From Sanchytrium tribonematis (lineage: Eukaryota), in the NCBI GenBank assembly GCA_018985235.1, contig JADGIG010000031.1, forward strand, positions 1 through 37,098: 37,098 nucleotides of DNA. The letters run 5' to 3'. The position numbers were made by a program, and so were the translations under genes. Shown here piece by piece: positions 21,052-30,211 of this stretch. Position 1 is the first letter of the stretch. Every line of letters begins with the position of its first letter. The notes beneath the pieces were generated by a model, which was given only the letters and a program-made list of their open reading frames with translations, did not search any database and was not told the origin of the DNA.

Positions 21052-21801
21052 ATGAAGAAATCCGATATTGAAAGCCAGAAAAATATCAGCGCATATAATA
21101 ATACTGAGGAACCTCCTCCCTATACAGAAATAACCAAAGAAATAGCGAGAAAACCTGTATTACCACCAAGGAGGCAAGAAAATGAAGAGCGCTTGCCTCA
21201 GCCGCCTTTGGAAAATGCTTCTGGACCATGGTGGGAAATGCTTGACTGCTGTTGTTACTGCTGTGTCGCAAATGACATAATCATTCGATGCGCTATCGAA
21301 TTATTTAGATTTCCATTTGCTCTGTTTTGTTTTGCATGGACCTTAACAACAATTTTTTTGTGGATCCTCATGATCGTACCACCTATAGGGGCCCCAATAA
21401 TGTATATCGTAATATACTCTTATCGAGCCTTGGCCATAGTTGATCTACAAATGAACCAGTATTTGGAGAAATTAATATGTCAACGAAGAGCCCAAGTATT
21501 AAATCCACGTTATACGCAAGTCCCTTCCTTAGTACCTGGCGAAGTAGATGGTACACGATCTTTTATGAAAAAATTGTATTCATTGTCTTCTGATAGATTT
21601 ACAAAATCTTCCATCTTTTACTTTCTAGCTGTGCAACTCTGGTTGAGTATTTTTACATTTATATTCTTCATTGTACACGTGATTCTAATTTGCATTCCCA
21701 TTTTTTGGTGCTGTCTTCGAATATGGGAGCAAATGTTAACGGTTATACAAAGAGTTGGAATTAGGGCGTCATACGCAACGCTTTCTCATAGTCAAACATA
21801 A
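21052..21801 (+). CDS. Multi-pass membrane protein resembling the 'putative sensor' domain (PF13796-like), with PPxY, PxxPxR and Cys-cluster motifs
   Basis: LFRFPFALFCFAWTLTT...IGAPI...YRALAIVDL, and later LSSDRFTKSSIFYFLAVQLWLSIFTF. N-terminal PPPY, PVLPPRR and DCCCYCC. The family assignment is from recalled pattern only. Confidence 0.7.
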   Translation: MKKSDIESQKNISAYNNTEEPPPYTEITKEIARKPVLPPRRQENEERLPQPPLENASGPWWEMLDCCCYCCVANDIIIRCAIELFRFPFALFCFAWTLTTIFLWILMIVPPIGAPIMYIVIYSYRALAIVDLQMNQYLEKLICQRRAQVLNPRYTQVPSLVPGEVDGTRSFMKKLYSLSSDRFTKSSIFYFLAVQLWLSIFTFIFFIVHVILICIPIFWCCLRIWEQMLTVIQRVGIRASYATLSHSQT

Positions 21802-21952
21802 TCTGTTGGAGCCTTAAGTAAAATAATACTACTTTCTACGGTCATTTTGTGTGACGGCTGGTTAAATTTCCCCTTTGAGATGTCCACATGTATTTTCCAA
21901 CATGTTCCTTCTTGCATTGCATATGACCATTTCTCGTCTGAAACCTTTGTTG

Positions 21953-22288
21953 ATGAATTTAAATACTATACCGACTACAAACGAACCCAATATACCATAT
22001 GAGTCGGAGCGAACTTTAACTAGAACATCCAGTGAAGATATATCAAAGAATAGACTTAAATCATCAAAATTTTACAAATTGAAAACTTTTTTATTTAAAC
22101 GGAAGAAAAGTATAGATAATTTACAGAGTGATGACGCTCGTACACCAGTTAATTCGACTGAGTCGTTTGAGGTGCCTGTAACCTGCTTTTGTTTAGAATG
22201 CCCGAGGTGCATCAAAAGGTTAGACCTGATACGAAATGAACCAGTTAATGATGAGGAACTAAACTTTATAACGGAATATGTCAAATAA
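21953..22288 (+). CDS. Hypothetical ~111-aa protein with CxCxxCxxC motif; start uncertain (alternative ATGs at 21902, 21923)
   Basis: An open frame fills an otherwise unusually large spacer and contains TCFCLECPRC. The stop overlaps the next gene's start. Confidence 0.55.
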   Translation: MNLNTIPTTNEPNIPYESERTLTRTSSEDISKNRLKSSKFYKLKTFLFKRKKSIDNLQSDDARTPVNSTESFEVPVTCFCLECPRCIKRLDLIRNEPVNDEELNFITEYVK

Positions 22289-25143
22289 ATATATTAATTT
22301 ACAAATTGAAATTTTTGAAACACTTGACTTACTTATGGATGTATTGGAAGCAGCTGACAAATCAGCCTATATCAAAAAATTAAAAAGTAAATTGAATGAT
22401 GAAGAATGGCAACAGGCACGCTACGAAATGTACATTTTGCTCAGTTTATACCATAAAGGAAGTCAAAAAATCTTTCCCTCTCCTTTTGATTTTGATTATT
22501 TTCAAGATTCCCAGATAAAAGAGACGCTAAATACTATTCCTCTTGAATGGATAAAAGAATTGCAAATTAATGAAGACGTCATGACATTAATGCACCATTT
22601 GCCCACAAACACTGGAAGCAGTGTATTAAAAGTATGGACTTATTTTATATATGGTTTTTATGATAGATGTATATTTAATATTGACAATGGCATCCAACTT
22701 CAAACTTTATTAAATAACAAGGTTGAAAAAGAAAGAAAAGTACTAATTTATATATATTACCCAAAATTAATCTATTTAAGAGGCGCCAGCGAGGAACTTC
22801 TTGAGCAGCCAGACAAAGCCCTCCAGTGGTATTTAAAAATATTTTCTTTAACCCATTTTGATTATAATAACTTTATTTTTGGTAAAGGATCACAAGACGT
22901 AATATATAGAATTATATTATTCACTTTAAAGCGCTGGTATACCCTAAAACCGAATCAGTTTAATTTGGAATCTCTCAATCTGGAAATTTCTATGAAAGAC
23001 CTACCTGTTTACAGCTCTTGGAATTTCGAACAATGCAATTTTATTTTATGGCAGTCCTTAAAGGTTTATTTTTCACATATTATCGATAATCACCGGTATA
23101 CAAGTGCTCAACATATTCTTATTCTCAAATATACCATTACCTTGCTAGTTGAGCTTGATTTACAGATGGACCAACCATTGATACCTATTCTGCAAATATT
23201 TAAAAACGTTTCTAATCACAAAGATTTGCTTGATTATTTATTCAGCAAATATTTAAGTACGATTTCTCAATTGACTCCGTTCCCTATAGCGCCTACTAAA
23301 GTGCAATATAAAGACGGAAATGAAGACTACTCCACAATTATTTTGAGCAACAAACGAGTACATGATTTTTGTAATTTATATATGTATAGAGTTCTTAATA
23401 CTGAATCGTCAAAAGAACAATTCATTTTGATTTTAAAAGAGTGTTTAAATATCAGTTTTCACTCTCTTAAAATTTTACGCTACTTGAGTGCAGCCTACTC
23501 TAGTTTAGGACAGTATGAGCAAGCGGTAAGCTACATTTATACGTATACCCACCTAGCACAAGAGCGCTTCATCAACAAAGTAGATGGAGACCAAGATGAC
23601 ACTATTGACGAGTATATATCTGTGTTAGTTCTTGCAAGTCGGCTACTACTCATTGAACTTGATAAAGGTGAAGAAAGCATCGTTATGGCAAGTAAAGCTA
23701 TCAACTTAATGACTAAAGATGGAATTTTGAAAAGCAGAGCACTTCAATTGATGGGTATAGCGCATATGGGAATTTCTGATTCATCTCTACTCGATTATGA
23801 CAAGGCAATAGAGTGCCTTACCCAAGCCCAGATTTTAGATTCTAATAATTGGATGATTAGCTATCAGATTAGTTTACTTTATCTAAAATCTTTTAATTTA
23901 GAAAACGCACTGAAATTTGCTAGAAAGGCAGTGCAGCAAAACAAATATCATGTACCAAGCTGGCACATTCTTACCCTGTTACTCACTAGCAATAAAGACT
24001 ACGAAGCAGCACTGAAAATATGTAGAATAGGTTTTACAAATTGTGTAAATTATTATTTCCCTAAACATTTTAAAAGTGAAGAAAGAAATATTATGGACTT
24101 TATGAGCGAATATATCAAACCACAGCAAAGTACAAGAAACATTGTTAATAATAAAGATAGCCTTGAAGATATTGATCAAGTTGCCGCACAATTAATTAAT
24201 CTGAAAATTACGGAGACCATGATAACTGAATTTTTAGAAGGGCCTAAAAAAGGCTTAAAAGTTTGTAAAGAGGTTCTAAAATACTACAAATTATGGAATG
24301 ATGAGTCTATTAGCGATGTTCCTTCGCAGAGTGAAATTAGCGAGAAAGAACGCAGTGCATCAGTAACAGATGAAATTGATGAGCTACCTTCATTGCAAAA
24401 AAGCCAAAGTAGAACATCCATACATTCTTCAGTCAGTAATAGTAGTGTCATTCCAAAGCCAATATTTACGCATATATCAGATACCGACGTGATGAAGAAC
24501 AAGAAACTTAAGTTTGCCATTGAAACTGCAATTAGTAGGGCAAGAACTGTAAGCAGAAGAGCTAAAAATCTTAAAAATTTAAGACCGAATAAAAAGGAAA
24601 AGAAGAAAACAAGCACCACCACAATTAGTAATATTAGTAAAGGCAAAAAGTCGCAACGCCAACAGCATGTTCTGATTGCAATCTGGAGCCGAATCGTAAA
24701 ATTGTTGATAAATAGTAATCAAATTGTAGATGCGAGAGAAAGCGTAATGGAACTTCAGGCTATAGATCCACTAAATGTAGATGTTTGGATTGGCGAAGCA
24801 CTGGTCTTGATGGCAGAAGGCAAGCACGCTGAAGCAATTTCAATTTTGGAGAGCATCAGTATGGACAATCAGCCCATGGAATTACTTTTGACGCTTGCGC
24901 AATGTTATTTTCAAATCAACTCATTTAATATGGCAGAACATGTTTTACACACAATTACAAATCATTATGATTGCCAATTCACGTGCGAACCATGGTATAA
25001 ATAATTTATTTAGGTGGTTAATGGGCCAAATTGCAGAAAAGCGAGACGAATTTGAATATGCAGTAGAAATGTATGAAAAAGCAGCATACATTGAAGGCAA
25101 TCAACCAATAAGATTACCCAGTATACTACCAAGATGGATTTAA
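22278..25143 (+). CDS. TPR protein of the Ypp1/TTC7 family (PI4K complex scaffold); two exons (22278-24994, 25014-25143), 948 aa
   Basis: AIECLTQAQILDSNN...ARKAVQQNKYHVPSWHILTLLLTSNKDYEAALKIC. The spliced C-terminus PWWLMGQIAEK...AAYIEGNQPIRLPSILPR fits the family's terminal TPR and PIR tail. Confidence 0.82.
24995..25013 (+). other. 19-nt spliceosomal intron (phase 2)
   Basis: GTATAAATAATTTATTTAG. Removal gives CEPW-WLMGQ. Confidence 0.9.
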
Positions 25144-25769
25144 TTGGTGGTCCTTCTTGTGTTTAAATTACCAAGATATGACTCTAATTCTTTAAACTTG
25201 AACTCATTGAAAGCCGACAATATTATATTTTCTAGTGCTGAATTCCATTGCACGGTTGCCATTTTGTTAATCGTGGCTAAAAAGAATGCTTTCTTCTCAG
25301 GAAAATGTAATTTGAGGCATCGCAACCAACACCAAAGTGTAGAATGATCCATATCTTGACGACAGGCTGTCGTAAGTGTTTCTAATTCGCCTCCACGTAA
25401 TTTTTTAATCTGAAATCTTTTTAAATAGATTTCATATAGATATTGACATAAATAATAATTATTTGGAAATCTTTTGGACAAGTTGCAAATTTCTTCGAAA
25501 TCATCCAAATCGAATGATTTTCTCAAATTCCATAGCATGTGATTTTTCGGATACAATTGAAGTTGCAATAAATTTAAATACGGTGTAGTAAGGTGAAATT
25601 TTTGAAACGGATAGAGTAAAATGCCCAATGCAGTGCTTTGATCTTTATGAGCATATATCAGGGCCTTATTTATCATTAAAGCGTCTTTGTCTAGTCTTGA
25701 GACATCCCCGATGCAAATTTCTGTGATAATTCTGGCTTCTATGGCTTGAATTATTTCTAAATTGCTCAT
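25140..25769 (-). CDS. Divergent prenyltransferase alpha-subunit repeat protein (PTAR1/Ecm9-like)
   Basis: YPKNHMLWNLRK, RFPNNYYLCQY and DHSTLWCWL resemble PPTA repeat signatures (PKNY.AW..R). Confidence 0.6.
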   Translation of the reverse strand: MSNLEIIQAIEARIITEICIGDVSRLDKDALMINKALIYAHKDQSTALGILLYPFQKFHLTTPYLNLLQLQLYPKNHMLWNLRKSFDLDDFEEICNLSKRFPNNYYLCQYLYEIYLKRFQIKKLRGGELETLTTACRQDMDHSTLWCWLRCLKLHFPEKKAFFLATINKMATVQWNSALENIILSAFNEFKFKELESYLGNLNTRRTTN

Positions 25770-25801
25770 CAGAAAAATTTCAAATCACTTGTCTCAAAAA
25801 T

Positions 25802-27730
25802 TTAAAATTTTACAGTTTTCGTAGATTTGATAATTTTGGATTTGTCAATTGATTTCCGATGTAATGGTTTGATTATTGCACTTGTAGAGGTCGCAGAGAG
25901 TCTTTTCTGAGCATTTACTTGTTTTCTTTTATCCTCACTTGATTGTGAAGCATCACGAAGTAGCTCTGGTTTGTAATTATCTTTATAGTCTGCGAGTTCT
26001 TTTAATACCGCAGACGTTATTTCATTCATACATTTTGATAAATTAAATTTTGCCTCCAAAATATTTTTGCATTCATTTATTTGGCTTAGAGTCATATGTT
26101 TAAATGCGATTGGAAGAATCTGTAAGCACCGAATTCGTATATCAATTGTAATGTCTTTGAGTAAAGAAATCATTTCTTTACAGAAGCACTGCTTAAATAA
26201 AACAACCAAACAAGGCATTTGTGAAATTGAAATAGCATCGCAAAAAAGAAGCCGTTTTTGTACACATGTTGATAATTTCCAATCTTGTACCATTCTGCGA
26301 ATGTAAAAATCTTTTTGCTCTTTTGATTTTATATGGATTATGCACTCTAGCATCAATTGAATGATAGCATTAGAAGTAGGAATAAAACAAACACGACACA
26401 TAATATCAAAGCATTTTGATAAAATAAATGATAATTCTAAATTAAGGAAATTAGCATATCTTAAGAAATTTGTATATTCAGATATAAATGCAGTGTATTC
26501 TCTCCACGAAAGTCCATCCCATAAATCCTTTTCCCACTTTATCAAATTTAATATTTTTTCCTTAATGTTTTCTATATTTTTAGCAGAAATCATTCGTTTG
26601 ACAAGAGCGACACAAATTCCACGAGCATATACCAAAATGTCAAATTTTAAATACACCGAACCATTTAGAAGGAATTCGATTAAAAGTAATATTGAGTCTT
26701 CTTTAAAAGGTAAAATGAACATTACTGGTAGTCTAGAAATAAGATATCTTAGTAAAATAAGATCTTTGCTTTTAGCAGATTCGATAATTGAGGCCTCAAA
26801 CTTAAATTTTGTCCAAAATTCCGTGTGTAGTTGAAAAATCTCAATCTGTTCGATAATTTCTAGCAATGCCGAGCCATTTGGCAGGGCCTCGTGCAAATAT
26901 TGAAAAATAATGTCAGTGTCTTTTGAAGATAAAGCATGAGTATCAAGAAATTCAAGCAAATGTTTTGCTCCAATTACTTTTGGATTTCTTTCCTTAAGAA
27001 TTTTGTTTGTTCTTGACAAAATTCTTTGCTTGTATTCCTTATCTACGATTAGATACAAAAATCGGCAAGCCACTATTGATGATTCAATTCGCACTCCAAA
27101 TTCTTCGTCTGTCATTAGTTCCATTAGCTCTTGAACAATCTCAATTTTGTATTTTCTTTTGAGCGCTTGTTGCACAAGTTGAACTACTGATTTTCTAACT
27201 GACGCATCAGTGTCTTGACATAGTGCTTTAATTTTTGGAACAATCTGTTCATAAACAATTTCCTGCTCTACACATGATAAAATTATTGTCAATATTTGCA
27301 CGCCAAGAAGGCGAATATCAACGGTTTTAGTGAATCTACACATTTCTATTGTCTTGGTTATAAGTGACGTTTCTATGTAGGCTATTGAATTGTATGGGAT
27401 TAGCCTTTTGAAATCTAAAATGTCGGTTGCATAAAGAATTAACCGATCGGCAACAGCACTGTTCAAAGCCAAATTATCGGTTAAAACTAATTGTAATTTA
27501 ATACCAGAGCCTAACTTTTCAAACTCAGTAATTAATGTGAATGCGTCGTTAAAATTTTTCTCAAAAACAAAGTCGTATATTTTGCCATAAACATATTCAT
27601 GTTGAGTTGCAGAACCATTGTTGATAAGAAATACAAGCTGGTCCAATAAATTTAGATTTCCTGGCAGTTCTGCTGTATTCCTTTGCTCAGCACTTTGCAA
27701 ATCATTTTTTATATTTTCATCGAAGTTCAT
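25802..27730 (-). CDS. HEAT-repeat phosphatase scaffold, PP4 regulatory subunit (PPP4R4-like)
   Basis: LCQDTDASVRKSV, LMELMTDEEFGVR, SWR, C.QKRLLFCD and LLKDITIDIR are PP2A-A/PP4R-type HEAT signatures. N-terminal DQLVFLINNG...Q resembles PPP4R4. Confidence 0.7.
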   Translation of the reverse strand: MNFDENIKNDLQSAEQRNTAELPGNLNLLDQLVFLINNGSATQHEYVYGKIYDFVFEKNFNDAFTLITEFEKLGSGIKLQLVLTDNLALNSAVADRLILYATDILDFKRLIPYNSIAYIETSLITKTIEMCRFTKTVDIRLLGVQILTIILSCVEQEIVYEQIVPKIKALCQDTDASVRKSVVQLVQQALKRKYKIEIVQELMELMTDEEFGVRIESSIVACRFLYLIVDKEYKQRILSRTNKILKERNPKVIGAKHLLEFLDTHALSSKDTDIIFQYLHEALPNGSALLEIIEQIEIFQLHTEFWTKFKFEASIIESAKSKDLILLRYLISRLPVMFILPFKEDSILLLIEFLLNGSVYLKFDILVYARGICVALVKRMISAKNIENIKEKILNLIKWEKDLWDGLSWREYTAFISEYTNFLRYANFLNLELSFILSKCFDIMCRVCFIPTSNAIIQLMLECIIHIKSKEQKDFYIRRMVQDWKLSTCVQKRLLFCDAISISQMPCLVVLFKQCFCKEMISLLKDITIDIRIRCLQILPIAFKHMTLSQINECKNILEAKFNLSKCMNEITSAVLKELADYKDNYKPELLRDASQSSEDKRKQVNAQKRLSATSTSAIIKPLHRKSIDKSKIIKSTKTVKF

Positions 27731-27877
27731 TTTGGCCTATTTTGACAAACATTAGAACAATTAACGCTAGATAATTTTTATGCATCTCTAGCTGCACACA
27801 AGTAAAATATACAGCAGAATACCTAATTAAACGAATGAAAAATATCAAATATGTAAATTTACTAAAATCCTCCATTA

Positions 27878-28706
27878 CTATTTAACATAAGGGGATAGAA
27901 TGCTTCCAATACCTCTACTGAACAACGAGTTTTGACATATTCGAACTAAATTAGTCTCCGGTACCTAAAGGCCAATAAATGAACTGTGGAACATATCGCT
28001 CAAATTGACGAAATTTCATTGCAATTAATATTTCTTTCGCGCATTTTTCGGAATCATACATCAAAATTTGATTCAAATGACCTGTCATGTCGGACCGGAT
28101 GAATCCGGGTTTAATATTGGTAAAAGAAAACCCCTGAGACTCTAATTCCAGGATACAGGACTCAAGATAGATTGATAGTCCTGCTTTTGAAGCAGAATAT
28201 GCACCCATTTTCGGTAATGTTACATCTGCAGCAATACTGGTTATGATTACAATGTGGGGTTTTGCAACATTTTCATTTTTTGCATAAGTAACGTACTCAT
28301 TTATAAAACCAATTGGACCAAGTAAGTTAGTTTCTATGATAGACAAGTCTTTTGAAAACTTGGACCGGTCGATTTTATGAACAGAAAGAATTCCAGCATT
28401 TAAAATTATTGTGTCTATCGGACCCGCGAGTTTGTGAGCGGCAAGAAGTAATTTTTGGATTCCATCGAATTCAGTTACGTCGAACACAATCGAATAGACA
28501 GGGATGTTGTATTTCACTCTCAGCTCTTCGCGTAGATTAATCAGGTTTTTTTCGTTTCTGGCAACTAAAACTAATATTTTTCTTTTTTTAGCTAATTCTA
28601 TCGCAATAGATTTTCCAATTCCGCGTGAAGCTCCAGTGATTAGAAAAACATTGCCTTCTGTTGGATAGTAGTAATCTTTCGCTGCTTTAATCCAAGAACT
28701 TATCAT
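27878..28706 (-). CDS. Classical short-chain dehydrogenase/reductase; two exons (28706-27965, 27945-27878), 269 aa
   Basis: LITGASRGIG, ILNAG, TNLLG, YSASK, IKPGFIRSDMT. First ATG is 28706. Spliced tail: YWPLV-RICQNSLFSRGIGSILSPYVK-TAG. Confidence 0.88.
27946..27964 (-). other. 19-nt spliceosomal intron (phase 1)
   Basis: GTACCGGAGACTAATTTAG, with a near-canonical branch motif GACTAAT whose A sits at -6. The added tail is not independently recognisable. Confidence 0.78.
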
Positions 28707-28887
28707 AGAAATGTCGCCTTGTAGGAGGTTTCGTTTCTCAATTGCCAATAAATTATTTTCAAACCGAGTGATGCGATTTTTAAATTGGAAATTATTAACG
28801 CTATCGGAAAAAATTACTAATATAGTTTGGGTTTACTATATTTTCCTGTATAAATCAAGTCATGGCGCAACAAGACTCGCTATGCAT

Positions 28888-30069
28888 TTACCTCAAAAAT
28901 TCAATTTTTTCAGCAATCATGTCTCTCAAATCAATAGTGCGTTTTCTTTTAAGCCTTACTTTTGGTTTTATAAGAGTCATTTGCTCAGTGCTTCGGCGAC
29001 TCATTGTGCTAGTTTTTTCGCTGTACACTGATTTCTGCCGCCTTTTGACTGGTGAGGATTTAAACATGGAATTTTCATAATTTCGTTGGTATGGAGAAAG
29101 TGATTGATTACTTTGCAACAAATTACTCAATTTTCTACCTAATATTTGAGGGCTTGTATTAATTTCTGGTATTATAGGTAAATCTATGCTCTTGTCGACA
29201 CTAGGGCGTTTAATGTTTACAATTCGAATAAAATCGTTATCTAAGCTTTTACTTTTGGGTAAATGAAGCTTAGTCAGTTCGACACGTTTAATAATTCCAG
29301 CACTAGCTGTGCTTAGAATTGAATGAGAGTCAGATTGGATGCTACTCATCTCATTTAGACCACTTTTGGAGTCATCTTCAAATTTTTCAGTTATACTGGC
29401 AAATCTTTTTTGGATATTTAATAGATCATCGTCATTCAGTTTATAAATCTCTTCCTCTTCATCTGTTCCCGTTGAAATGCTAGAGTTAGAACTTGATTTT
29501 TCTGCCTCTTGATTGAATTTCCTCAATGAATATTCGTGAATCAATTTAGGAAGCTCCTCCGTAAGTAAAAGTTGCAGTTTCTGCTCAATTTCATTTTGCA
29601 GAAAATTTGCTATCATGTAGGATTCATCAAAACTAGAGCTTACCAACACACTTTCTAAAGGTTCGTTTTTCATGGAACAAGTTATTCCCTTGCTTTTATC
29701 AACCACTAAACCGACAATGCCCCTGATGCGCAACCTGCTTATTCTAATTTTTATAGGTACAATTAATGGTATACTTGCTGCAACAACCCTATCACTTTGA
29801 AATGGATTAGCCTGGATTTTAGTCTTAATCACCAAAAATCCATCGCCTTGATAAGTAACTTTGAATATACCTCTAAATCTACTCAAATCAAGTTCACTAA
29901 TTTCTAAGATCTCAATCACTGGTGGTAAAGTTCCCAAATCCAATTCTTCAATTGTAATATCGTCAACTATCTGTTGCGGTTTATTTTTTTGATTTAATGC
30001 TTCAGTGAGTTTATCTATGGCATGCTCGTAAAACTCTTTATTAAACTTATTAAAATGAATCTTAAACAT
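28888..30069 (-). CDS. MDM34: ERMES subunit Mdm34 (SMP domain)
   Basis: FYEHAIDKLTEALN..NKP..IVDDI.IEELDLGTLPP.IEILEISEL...RFRGIFK.TY.GD, TKIQANP, KGIT...NEPLESV.VSSSFD. Confidence 0.93.
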   Translation of the reverse strand: MFKIHFNKFNKEFYEHAIDKLTEALNQKNKPQQIVDDITIEELDLGTLPPVIEILEISELDLSRFRGIFKVTYQGDGFLVIKTKIQANPFQSDRVVAASIPLIVPIKIRISRLRIRGIVGLVVDKSKGITCSMKNEPLESVLVSSSFDESYMIANFLQNEIEQKLQLLLTEELPKLIHEYSLRKFNQEAEKSSSNSSISTGTDEEEEIYKLNDDDLLNIQKRFASITEKFEDDSKSGLNEMSSIQSDSHSILSTASAGIIKRVELTKLHLPKSKSLDNDFIRIVNIKRPSVDKSIDLPIIPEINTSPQILGRKLSNLLQSNQSLSPYQRNYENSMFKSSPVKRRQKSVYSEKTSTMSRRSTEQMTLIKPKVRLKRKRTIDLRDMIAEKIEFLR

Positions 30070-30211
30070 TTATGACACAGTTAGTGAAATAGGTTCAAAA
30101 GGAGTATAAATTCTTCGTAAGCGCAGATATAAATGTAGTGGCTCAACATTTCTGTTTAAGTAAAATACCTGTAGGCTTAGTTTCTTCAATTTAAACAAAC
30201 TTCATTAAAAT

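Noticed and set aside
26067..26834. Antisense ORFs such as 26361..26834, 24284..24646 and 14620..14964
   Set aside because: Shadow ORFs opposite real genes, with no independent features.
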